Origin: Octopus bimaculoides
Lineage: Eukaryota
DNA length: 64,000 nucleotides
NCBI RefSeq assembly: GCF_001194135.2
Contig: NC_068996.1
Span: 25,211,122-25,275,121 of the forward strand
Reading direction: 5' to 3'
Positions within the stretch are counted from its first letter, which is position 1. Every line of letters starts with the position of its first letter. Positions 49,948 to 61,934 of this stretch are shown piece by piece. Both the position numbers and the translations under genes were made by a program. Below the pieces are notes generated by a model. That model saw only the letters and a list, made by a program, of their open reading frames with translations, was not told the DNA's origin and searched no databases.

Positions 49948-50317
49948 TGTTGTAAAGTAGGTTCCTCCCACTGGCGTGATATGTGACTGCTGTTGTACTG
50001 TAGTTGCTGTTTTACGCTAGTAGCCACAATAGTTACTAGCCATCGGATACCATTGTATCTCTTCTTACCAGAATAGTAATACACTAACTTATTCAGTCTT
50101 ACTATCGCTGATAGCCCCACAAGACACCAACTAGAACTGTCGACTCTCAACCCACTTCTTGACAAATGCCTACTGGTCTATTTATAATGGCTGACTCCTA
50201 CCACTTTTTACCGGGAGGGGTATACAGTTTCACTATACAGCAAATATAGTATAATATAATAAAATATCATATAATATATGTACATAGTAGAATAAAAAAC
50301 AGAAAGTCCTTGGTACA
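49948..50317 (-). mobile_element. Gypsy 5' LTR (outer boundary tentative)
   Basis: Ends in CA next to the PBS; TATAAATAG at about 50195-50187; candidate start TGTACC at 50317. Confidence 0.6.
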
Positions 50318-50627
50318 ATATTAAATAAAATGTTTATAAACATCTAATTATTAAATTGGGAAAATTATCAGAAAAGCCATTTCTATAAATTTTTTTCAAA
50401 TGTATATAATGTGCTGTTCCATTATGGTAGGATGAACAAAAAAGTACTCCATGTGGTGAGTGATATGTATTATTTAATAGACACAATACATGTTTTATGT
50501 GTGTGTGTGTGTGTGTGTGTGAGAGTGTGTGTGTGTGTGTGTGTGTGAGAGTGTGTGTGTGTGTGTGTGTGTCTGTGTGTGCATGTGTGTGTGTGTGTGT
50601 GTGTGTATGTGTGTGCATGCATGTGTA

Positions 50628-51402
50628 CAAGGTGGGGCATAAAGATATCTCCCACATTTGGAGAAGGCACCAAGTGGATGTAAGTAGAAGAGAAGAGGGA
50701 CAGGTTTCATTTGGAAGGCTAAGATCTGCTGTTGTATTTATTATTAATAGGAGTGGCTGTGTGGTAAGTAGCTTGCTTACCAACCACATGGTTCCAGGTT
50801 CAGTCCCACTGCGTGGCACCTTGGGTAAGTGTCTTCTACTATAGCCTTGGGCCGACCAAAGCCTTGTGAGTGGATTTAGTAGATGGAAACTGAAAGAAGC
50901 CCGTCGTATATATGTATATATATATATGTGTGTGTGTGTATATATGTTTGTCCCCCCAACATCGCTTGGCAACCGATGGTGGTGTGTTTATGTCCCCATA
51001 ACTTAGTTGTTCGACAAAAGAGGCCGATAGAATAAGTACTAGGCTTAGAAAGAATAAGTCCTGAGGGTCAATTTGCTCGACAAAAGGCGGTGCTCCAGCA
51101 TGGCCACAATCAAATGACTGAAACAAGTAAAAGAGTAAAAGAGTACTCAAAAACTTCTTTCTTTTTTTAGGATCTACCATTTTCGTATTCATCATTAATT
51201 ACTCAGAAACTTTGAGGGGACACGTGGTGTGGCCGGCAAGGCCACCAGATTTATGCCCTTGTGACTTTTTCCTTTGGGGATACCTAAAGGAAAATAAACT
51301 GTTTTTTATGTACTTTTCAGAAACATAACAAATTTTTTCCTGGATGGTTGTGTTCTCTTTTTATATTCATTCACAATGTAGGAGATCTTTATGCACCCCC
51401 TG
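50628..51402 (+). mobile_element. Internally deleted Tc1/mariner element, interrupted by a SINE
   Basis: TA TSDs; TIRs CAAGGTGGGGCATAAAGATATCTCCCACATT and CAGGGGGTGCATAAAGATCTCCTACATT; transposase remnant WPARPPDLCPCDFFLWGYLK at about 51227-51290. Confidence 0.85.
50748..51146 (+). mobile_element. tRNA-derived SINE family B, full-length young copy
   Basis: A-box TGGCTGTGTGG, B-box GGTTCAGTCCC, central microsatellite and GTAAAAGA duplicated tail. Confidence 0.9.
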
Positions 51403-51424
51403 TATATATATATATATATATATC

Positions 51425-51762
51425 AGAGCAGCTGTCTTGCTTCTGTGCCAGTGGCACGTAAATAGCACCATTTGAGCATGATCATTACCAGCATCGCCTT
51501 ACTGGCACTTGTGCAGGTGGCAAGTAAAAAACACCATTTGAGCGTGGCTGTTACCAGTACCACCTTACTGGCCCTCGTGCTGGTGGCATGTAAATGGAAC
51601 CACTACACTCTCGGAGTGGTTGGCATTAGGATGGGCATCCAGCTGTAGAAACCCTGCCAGATCAGATTGGAGCCTGGTACAGCCATCTGGTTCACCAGTC
51701 CTCAGTCAAATCGTCCAACCCATGCTAGCATGGAAAGCAGACATTAAACAATGATGATGATA
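51425..51762 (+). mobile_element. Family C copy with about 63-bp internal duplication
   Basis: Reverse complement of 18057-18240; ends TTAAACAATGATGATGAT. Confidence 0.85.
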
Positions 51763-52080
51763 TATATATACCATATTTGATGGCCTATAAGACGCATGTG
51801 TGCATAGGATGCACACTAGCCTAGGCTATACTTTTGGAAAATAAATTACCACTAAAATCATGTTTTAAATTCCCCCACTTACCTGTATTACTTTATGTTA
51901 TTACTGGTAATTATAAGCAATATATTGCATCCACATTCGATATAAACATACGATAATCGATTGTTCACCAATAGATGGCAGCACAGGTTTTGTAAACATT
52001 TTGAGCCTACATTGAGTGCACTGGATGCAGGGGTATTTTTAAGGCCATTTTTGGGTAAAAACAGTGCCTTATAGGTCATC

Positions 52081-52154
<74 letters not shown>

Positions 52155-52869
52155 ATATACATGTGTGTGAAACCAAAGAGGTCCTAAGATACAAAACTTA
52201 AATTTGCAATCCTGAAGTAGAAAAGTTGTCAGTTTTGAAGCAGTCAATTGAAGATGTTTTCTTTCTTATTAAACATTGTAGAACACAACTTTATTTTCTG
52301 CCCCAGACAATTATATAAGAATTGGCATGTTTCCACTATATCAAAGTGTATAGAACTATTTTTCACTGTTTGTTCTGTTACACTCTTTACTGCTGGTTAT
52401 GTTACTCTATATTGTTTTAGCAAATACATCAAACAGAACAGGAAGATAAAACCAAATGACATTTGTAGCAGCCACTGGTTACATGCATGAGTCTCTTCCA
52501 TAGCAATGCGAAGTGGTCAACATCTAAAGTTTATTTGCACCTTGGGGCCATATACATAAGCATATATGAATAGATATTATTGTTTTACGTTCTCCACCAA
52601 AAGAACTTACCACACAAAAAAAAAAAATTACCTGAAAACAAAGACTTAGTAGCAATATGCTGGACTTTTATTTGTCTTTTTATATAATCCTACTGCTCTT
52701 CTCTCTCACATACATACACATACATACATGTACATATATTTGTATATGTACATACATGTCTATGTATGCATGCATGTCTGTCTGTTTGTCTGTCTGTCTA
52801 TCTGTCTGTCTGTCTGTCTGTCTGTCTGTATGTATGTATGTATGTGTGTATTTATATATGTATGCTTGT

Positions 52870-52870
<1 letters not shown>

Positions 52871-52941
<71 letters not shown>

Positions 52942-53345
52942 TTCATTGTTAAATGTCTGTTTTCTATTCTGGCATGGATTGGACTGTTTGATATGGAGCT
53001 GGCCAGCCAGGAAACTGTCCAGTCTCCAATTGTCTGTTGTGGCATGGTTTCTATGGCTGGATGCCCTTCCTAATGCCAACCACTTTACAGAGTGTACTGA
53101 GTGCTTTTAACATGGCACTGCATGAGTGCATTTACACAGCACTTGTATGAGTGCATTTTATGTGGTACCAGCATATGTAAAGGACAAGCCTGTATGCATG
53201 GATGACAGTGATTTTACCTAGCTTGGACATATCCTCTCAATTACAGCAAATCACCACAACTTCTGGTCCGTTGTCATTTCCTCACTGAGATTCAGTGTCC
53301 AAAGATCCTTTCTCACCACTTTGTCCCATGTCTTCCTGGGTCTAC
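52871..53345 (-). mobile_element. Family C / RTE 3' end with long (CAT)n tail
   Basis: (CAT)n at 52871-52941 followed by GGCATGGTTTCTATGGCTGGATGCCCTTCCTAATGCCAACC. Confidence 0.75.
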
Positions 53346-53644
53346 CTTTTGCATGGAAAATTTCAACTACAGAAAACTAATTTTAATTCACTGCAAAATA
53401 ACATATTTTTGTTAACATTGTGAGATAGCATCCCCTTTCTCTCTGTCTGTCTGTCTCTCTCTCTCTTAGGACTATAACTGCCTGATATTCCTATCTTTGT
53501 ATACCTGTAATTGTGTGTTTAAATAGGTTATTAGTACTAAAATATACAAATATATATATCAATGGTAAAGTAAGGCAGAGCAAATAAGTTAAACAATCAT
53601 GTTTGAATCTACAGTAAGTTTTCCAATGTAATTTTTTTGCAGGC

Positions 53645-53875
53645 AGACATGTAAAAGGCACTCATGCAGGCGACACATTAAAGACATCCATACTGGTGAC
53701 ATGTTAAAGGCACTTGGTACACTCTGTGGAGTGGTTCATGCTAGGAAAGGCATCCAATCTTAGAAACCAAGCCAAAAAAGATTGGAACCTGGTGCAGCTC
53801 ACCAGCTTACTAATGCCAGCCAAACTGTGTAACCCATGCCAGCATGGAAAATGGACACTAAATGATGATGATGTA
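53645..53875 (+). mobile_element. Family C copy
   Basis: ACATGTAAAAGGCAC tandem, CCATGCCAGCATGGAAAATGGAC and (GAT)n tail. Confidence 0.7.
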
Positions 53876-54036
53876 ATCATCATCATGTAGTGATGATGAT
53901 GATGATGATTATGACATTCTAGGTGTACAGTTCAGTTCCCTGTCAGGCAAAGTTATGTAATCTGATATGTTTATAATATACAATGAACTGAGTAATTTTA
54001 CTTGGTTAAGTCAACATAATTCTAATTCTAAAATGT

Positions 54037-54255
54037 GGAGGCATGTGGCTTATTGCTTAGGGTGTCAGACTCCTGATCGCTAGATTGTGGTTTTGAATCC
54101 CAGATTGGGCAACATGTGTTCTTTAGCAAAACACTCCATTTCATGTTATTCCAGTCCATTCAGCAAGGAAAAATGCATAATCCTGCTACGGATCAACATC
54201 TCATCCAGGTGAGTTTCATGGAAACAAGGAAACTGGCCCTTATGAGTCTATATGA
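54037..54255 (+). mobile_element. tRNA-derived SINE, family D
   Basis: A-box-like TGGCTTATTGC and B-box-like GGTTTTGAATCCC in a tRNA-like head. Confidence 0.6.
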
Positions 54256-54811
54256 CTCAGAAATGTAATTCAGCATAATACCTGATTCCTTCATAAATTC
54301 TAATGTAGTCTTTGAGTATATGTTAATTTTCTAAACTTATTTATTGAGTGCTGTAAAAGAAAATTAGACATAATCTATCAGAAAAATTAAACAAACTGGG
54401 ATTCATATCATTTTTCATTTTCATTTTATCTAGTTTCAGCTCATGAGCTGTGGCCATGCTGGGGCACCGCCATTTAAATGTGTAAATATTATTTAGGGAG
54501 TAGCAGAAAACTGTGTTTCAGAGTTTGTTAAATGAATATTTTTCCGTAAATTAAAATTTTTCAGAGATACCAGCATTATTTGTATATCATATGTGAATTT
54601 GTAGGTACATCTGTTTGGTTACCTTAGAATATATCCATGTGATGCCAGCTATTTCTAGTATCATGAACAACCATTAAGAAGGCAACTACTTTTGAGTTCA
54701 TTTAAAAGACATGCCTACTCCCTCACTTCCCTACAACACAGCCTGGCTCATAACACCACAGTAACGAAAGAACTATTTATTTAGCATATATATATATATA
54801 TATATATATAT

Positions 54812-55945
54812 AAGACTCCAGACAGTATCGCTCTTGGAATCATTGGAACTCACAAGCTCTTCCACCACCATGGTGGCAAGGTTGAGGATGAGGTCCTAGA
54901 CTAAACAAGACCAAACACCAACATCAAGACCCTAACAGTGGAGCAAGTGGTGGAGGGCTATCTCAACCCCCCAAGGATTGACTCCAGTGGAAGAGAGCAA
55001 CATGTGACAATGGCAGAAAGACTCAGGCAGCTCGCTGCAACCACCCTCATCAAGACTGCACATCTCAATTCTTGAGCCACAGTCGAGAAGTTCCTGGCCA
55101 AGTGTGTGCGCATGGCTGTCACACAGCCATGATCTTCTTGAAACAATTTACTCAGCGAATGGCTTTGTCTTTCTAATCTGTCTGAAAAAGCCCAATATCG
55201 TAGTCAATAGTATCATGGGCACCAGATGCAGGTCTGGAAAGCTGGAAGCTTCTAGTCCATGACCACATTGGCAGCGAATCTCAGATGGTCACTCTCCAAT
55301 GAATAGTTGTGACATTGAAGTTCTGCAGCTAGACTTGTGACTGGGCTGGCCTCTTTAGGGTTACGGTAGTGTACCCCACAAGGGGAAGCCCCTAGAAAAG
55401 TTAGGGTAAACATCGGACATGGCAATTCGATCTGGCCAGCATACCATGGCTGGCAGACCTCCCACCTAGCAGTCGGAACTCTACTAAATCCTCTATTTCA
55501 CAACCTCTCACCTTCGGGGCCTGGAACATCCACACTCTCCAGGACAAGAGTGACATTAATCAACCAGAGTGACGTACAACCCTCATCTGCAAGGAACTTG
55601 CCTGCTTCAACATTGACATGGTAGCCTTGAGCAAGACTAGGCTTCCCGGAGAAGGTAGCATCAGAGAAGCTGGCTCCAAATACACCATCTTTTGGAAGGG
55701 GAAGAATCCTAATGAACCATGCATGGAGTTGGCCTTGCCATCAAAACGCAACTCATAGTCCAACACAGACTTATCCCAACTGCTGTCAGTGAGCACCTGA
55801 TGACTGTTCAGATCCCACTCATTCGGGACAGATTCCTTACACTGATCTCTGTGTATGCTCCTACCCTCACATCTGAAGATGATGTCAAGGCTTCGTTCTA
55901 CAACCTGCTGAACTGCACCATCCAGACAGTCCCCCTGCATGACAA
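54812..55945 (+). mobile_element. RTE-clade LINE 5' portion with AP-endonuclease domain (truncated)
   Basis: FGAWNIHTL...DMVALSKTRL...HGVGLAIK...LISVYAPTLTSEDDVKASFY; stops and frameshifts present. Confidence 0.88.
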
Positions 55946-57240
55946 ACAATAACTGCAACAACAACATGGATGACAACAATCACAACAACAACAATACCAA
56001 CAATAACCACAGCAGCAACAACAGCCGTAGCAACAAAAACAACACAAACAACTACAACCTCACCAACAGCAACAGCAACAACAACAACGGCAAAAATGAA
56101 CACACGAAGACAAGCAATAGATACAAAAACAAAAACAATACCAGAGAAAAAATGGAATACCACAACAACAATAACAGGAGGAACGGACACACAGACACAC
56201 ACACAGATAACCATAGGCACAAGGACACGAATAAAAGTAAGGTCACGGGGGTCAAGAGGGAGAATAAAGTTGAATGCAACAGAATTCTTGGACAGGGAGT
56301 CAGTAGACTTGAAACAGAAAACACTACTGCTAAGAACAGAAACAACAACCACAACAGGGGAAAGGCCAAGCAACCCTATCAAATCCGTTATCGGTAGAAC
56401 TTACCCTTTTAGTAGAACCCCCTGCACTGATAGGAACTGTACTGTATGTCGATTTAGCCCACAAACAAACTGTAAAGTCAGAAATGTGGTCTATAGTATA
56501 AGATGTACAGAGGGACGATGCAGTAACAAGACAATGATGTATGTAGGGGAAACAGTACGGAGCATAGGAGAGCGGGTAAATGTACATTGGAGGGAACTTA
56601 AGGAAGAGAAGAGCTCATCAGTTCTGTACTAGCACGCTGAGCAGGAACACGGAGGCTCACTCAACAACATAGAAATTAGAATCTTGTCCACACATAGAAC
56701 AGATGCAGCACTTAGACAAATTACAGAAGCTACACACATAATAAAAATAAACCTAGCCTGAATAGGAAACTGGAATGGAACACTAGCACCCCCCCCCCCC
56801 CCAACAAACCACAACATATGACAATAAAATCCCCATAAACCGATAACAATATGAACAAAATATAATACAATACATAGATAAACATATGGAATTAAATACT
56901 ACATACGCTAACAGAATTAAATTAAATATAAAAAAAAAAGAAGTAGGTATAAACACATGAACAAATAAATAAATAAAAACAAAATAAACAAACATGTATT
57001 AACAGGGGATACAGATAATACAGGCACTCCTCATACACACACATGCACTTACAAAACATAGACAAACATAGACACACATAGAGGGATACACATGCGCAAA
57101 TGCAGACACATACAATAGAAATACAAATTACAAAATGGCTGATTGTTAGCAAGGAGGGACACACATATAAGAAAGAAGAAAGCAAAGGACCACCGATGAG
57201 GTCACAGAAGTGTGACAAAAGAACTCTGGCCGAAATATGA
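55946..57240 (+). mobile_element. Penelope-like element C-terminal fragment (GIY-YIG endonuclease), preceded by (AAC)n low complexity
   Basis: CTDRNCTVC...NCKVRNVVYSIRCTEGRC...MYVGETVRSIGERVNVH with stops; hammerhead-like motif at 57187-57231. Confidence 0.85.
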
Positions 57241-57527
57241 TTAATATAATATAATGTAATATAAAGCTGAAGCAAATTAACACCAAATATACAGTGCGTG
57301 TGTTTTTATTGGCTAAACTGGCAACATGACCATCCCCAAATACAACAATATCTGTTTCAACACGCGATTTCACATCAAAAATCTTGCAAAACAAATATAT
57401 AAACGGAATATATATATATACGTGTGTGTATATATGTGTGTGTATATTATATATATATATATATAATATACACACACATACACACACACACACATATATA
57501 TATACACATATATACACACACACATAT

Positions 57528-57578
<51 letters not shown>

Positions 57579-59652
57579 TACATATATATGTATATATATA
57601 TTAGATGGTTTGGAGGTGATGTACAGATATTATATATTAGAAAAAATAAGGTACTCAGAGATCTGGATGGTTGTACATATACAAATATTTATTAACATGT
57701 CAAATGTTTTTAAAATCACATATAAGCCCTTTCATCTACTCTAATAGATTCTTCAGATTTAAATTTTGTGAAGGGATTTGTCTCTTTTTATAGTATTAGT
57801 GAATGGGTTAGGATGGAGAGAGAGAGAGGGGGGAAAGAAGAGTAATGTGAAGTGTATAGGGTGGGAAAAGAGGGAGAGGAATAGGGAGATAGTGGAGGGA
57901 GAAAGTGAGAGAGAGTGTGTGTTTGTGTGTGTATGCATGTGTGTGTATGCCTATGTATTTGAAAGGAAGCCTTGAACAAGAGACAAAGAGAAAAGGAAAA
58001 GAATATATATATTTAAGTAGGTGGCTAGAACAGATGCTTACTTTGGTTCAGCCAGCTCACCAGGGGGTTTGAAAGAAAAATGTTTTCAAAGTAAAAAAAT
58101 GTGTTTTTTCTTAATGTCAATAGAAAAGAGAAAAGAAAAGAAGGAAGAAAGAAAGAAAGAAGAAAAAATATGTTTATATTCATACAGTTGGTCAGTTTTT
58201 TCAATAGAAGATGACAAGTTGATTCTTGGTCAGTAAAAATGGCAAGACCAGGTGGTTACTCTAANNNNNNNNNNNNNNNNNNNNNNNNNNNNNNNNNNNN
58301 NNNNNNNNNNNNNNNNNNNNNNNNNNNNNNNNNNNNNNNNNNNNNNNNNNNNNNNNNNNNNNNNNNNNNNNNNNNNNNNNNNNNNNNNNNNNNNNNNNNN
58401 NNNNNNNNNNNNNNNNNNNNNNNNNNNNNNNNNNNNNNNNNNNNNNNNNNNNNNNNNNNNNNNNNNNNNNNNNNNNNNNNNNNNNNNNNNNNNNNNNNNN
58501 NNNNNNNNNNNNNNNNNNNNNNNNNNNNNNNNNNNNNNNNNNNNNNNNNNNNNNNNNNNNNNNNNNNNNNNNNNNNNNNNNNNNNNNNNNNNNNNNNNNN
58601 NCACCCCTGCCCCTGTCAGAAAACAGCTTCAGGAGTTGTGAAAAACGAATTTGTACATAGTCTGTTTCTGAGAGCTATTCTATTGGACCTCTGTCTAATC
58701 ATGAAAACATTGATTTAATTATGAACATAGAAAGAAATGATATATTAATCCCTATTTTTGTAAGCAGTTGTATCCGTAAAAATTTTATTTGCAGTGAGCA
58801 TAAATTGAAAGAAGATATATGAAATGGACACGTGTGTGTGCGTGTGTGTGTGTGTGTGTGTGTGCATGTGTGCTTGCGCTTGTGTATGTGGGTGAGAAAG
58901 AGAGATAGAGTGAGTGAGTGAAGGTGTGTGTCGTGATGATTGACGTTTTTTAAGGTACACACACATATATAGAAAATGTCATCATATAAAATTTTTACGA
59001 TAGTTGATTCATGGAAAAGATTATGTTAAATTTTTGAAATGCAAATATGTGGATGAAAATTAAATTCAGAATTCTACATGGTAGGTAGACCTGGTAGAAA
59101 TATCAACCAAATCTCCCTCAAAACACCCTATTGTCTTAATCTGACAATTCTGCCTATTATGTAGTTTGAATGAGAAACTGTAACTAAAGATTATGATTAT
59201 TAACCCCAGAAAGAGGTGAAAGAAGAGAGACAGCATAGTGAAAGTTTTGGCTGACTGTCATCCTGTACTCTCCTTGTTGCTAGCGAAATGCTATATGCCG
59301 GTTGTGTGAGCAACTTGTTTTAATGGCGGAACAAACGGGAATTCCATTAAAAAGTCTTAATAGATTTTCTGAGTAACTATGGGGGCTTGGAAAAAAATAC
59401 AAACTGCATTCCAATCTATGCACCCGTCTCCACATGTGTGCCATTTTTCACATGAATCCACCCAGCTGTTTGGCTGTGAATCTCAAGACAAGAAAGAAAA
59501 CAACGATCACCCATGTCCAATTTATATTATAGATATATATATATGTGTATTAATGAGTTCAGCAAAAATTTAGATTCAGATGAATATGGTACTTCAGTTG
59601 AGGCATCAGAATTTAGTACGGTATTATCCATACAATTTCAAGATAAGGTGAT

Positions 59653-60081
59653 TAAAATCAAAATAAGCAACAAGGATATCCAGAGGTAATTCAGTACGAT
59701 CGTTTCACACAACTCCATTTAATTGAACAATGCAACCATTACATCAATTTAAATGCAGAGCAATCCTCAGCTGCACAAAGACATAGAATTTAATTAAATT
59801 AAAACAGATGGACACATTAGTATGATTTTACTTAACATCTCCAAGAAGTTAAAGAGATAGACAAAGAACATGCTGCCTTCACTTCAGCTTAGTAGCTTCT
59901 AAGCTGAAGTGAGGACAGCATGTTCTTTGTCTATCTCCTTAGAGGTTTTAGGTAAAATTATACTAATGTGTCCATCTGCTTTAATTCAATTTAATTAAAT
60001 TCTTTGTCTTTGTGCAGCTGAGGATTGCTCTGTATTTAAATTGATGTAACAAGGATATCCTTGTTGCTTATTTTGATTTTA
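59653..60081. repeat. Long palindrome/foldback
   Basis: Inner arms 59739-59892 and 59899-60049 with a 6-nt loop; outer arms 59653-59681 and 60053-60081. Confidence 0.9.
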
Positions 60082-60357
60082 TGTATATATATATATAAAT
60101 ATATACGTATATATATATATATATATATATATNNNNNNNNNNNNNNNNNNNNNNNNNNNNNNNNNNNNNNNNNNNNNNNNNNNNNNNNNNNNNNNNNNNN
60201 NNNNNNNNNNNNNNNNNNNNNNNNNNNNNNNNNNNNNNNNNNNNNNNNNNNNNNNNNNNNNNNNNNNNNNNNNNNNNNNNNNNNNNNNNNNNNNNNNNNN
60301 NNNNNNNNNNNNNNNNNNNNNNNNNNNNNNNNNNNNNNNNNTATATACATACATATA

Positions 60358-61227
60358 TGAGGTGGAAAAATTTTTTTTCCCAGGCTAGTTATGTTTAATA
60401 AAAAATAACTTATCTAATTTTTAACATCATCTCCCTCAAAATAGTCACCTTGTGCAACAATATATTGGTCCCAGTATTCCTGCCACTTTTGGAATCTGGC
60501 CCTGAAGTCTTTTTCTATAAGCGAGTTGAGGACCTTCAGCAATTTGCCCTGGATCTCATCAAAGGTATTAAAATGGTGACCTTTGAGTTGCATTTTCATC
60601 TTGGGGGAGAGATGGAAGTTCACAGGTGCTAAATCTAGTGACTAGGGCAGGTGTAGGAGCAATACCATATTGATTTTGGTGAGAAACTCACGAGTGAGGA
60701 GAGCTCAGTGAAGAATCCAATTCTTCATGCTCCACACATCTGGTTGCTTTCATCAAATGTCCTCCCTCAAATGCTTCAAAATGTCACAGTAGAAACTCTC
60801 AATTGACAGTCTGGCCCAGGGGGATGAATTTTCAATGCATAATACCACATTTCTGGAGATGATGCTCATCTTCTAGGGACGTTCTTTTGCTTTTGAAGCA
60901 CCCATGTCACTCAAAATATTATGCACAACCCATTGCCTCGTCACTGTAAGCTTGCTCAATCATGCTCAATATCTCTGTAGCAGACTGCCCAAGTTTAATG
61001 CAGAATTTCACGTTGGCTCTTTGCTCCTGTCCATGACAAAATCGCAGACTACAGCATACACATGATCACAAAACACAAATTTCACAACTTGCAAAGTAAA
61101 TACAGTGATGTCACTCATTACATTGACTCCTGAAGGTCACTGCTAGCTTTCACTGCACATGCAACCATGTACTGCCATCTGTTGGTGTGCTACAGAACTA
61201 GTTTGAGAGCTTTTTGATACCACCTCG
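60358..61227 (-). mobile_element. Defective mariner transposon
   Basis: TIRs (C/T)GAGGTGG...ACTAGTT; C-terminal transposase FHLSPKMKMQLKGHHF...FQKWQEYWDQYIVAQGDYFEGD. Confidence 0.88.
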
Positions 61228-61934
61228 CACACACACACGTATATATACTTTTATTAAAGCTCCAAAACTAACACAAAAACTTACTCTGAGTAATAGCTTT
61301 TGTGATAATTTTGCAGCTTTAATAAAAGTAAATTACTCTATCTTTGGTATTCAAGTATTTTTTCCACCTTGTGTTGCACTTATGTGCTCACCTGTGTGTA
61401 TGTGTGTGTATATATATATACTTACATGTATGAACATATACACGCACATATATGTATACCTACCTACCTATCTATCTATCTATTTATGACTCATTACATG
61501 AAACTATTTGTGCTTGATAGATTTAGAAGTGTACATGTAGTTGGGTTTCTCTAGAAATTAACTTAATTTTTCACTTTACTTTCCTAATAGAATTGAGTAT
61601 TGTTTTCATGCTCCAACGTTTAACATGGTTTAAATCTATTTTTCAAATGTTTTATTTTTTTTCCACCTGAGATGAAAAGAAATAGAATAAAAAAAAACTA
61701 AAAAGACTTATCACATTAATCGTTTTTGTTTTTATGAATGTACCACCGCACCTTTCCACCTTTTCCCTTGTCTGCCACTAATAAGTATCATCACGGCCGG
61801 CGGCAAAAACTTATATCTAATTTAGGCCTCTCTTTATAACTATTACTGCTACTACAACTCTCTCTCTCACGCCCGCCAATGTGATTAAATCGAAAGACCT
61901 ACACTTTCCTATTACTATACCTCGTTATCAGTTA

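Noticed and set aside
52609-52634. CAG|GTAATT with a second donor 21 nt away on the minus strand (recursive splice site or micro-exon)
   Set aside because: No host gene is identifiable here, and such motifs occur often by chance in T-rich DNA.
53640-53700. RHVKGTHAG after an AG, resembling a C2H2 zinc-finger end
   Set aside because: The sequence is the ACATGTAAAAGGCAC tandem of family C, and no Cys pair or adjacent finger is present.
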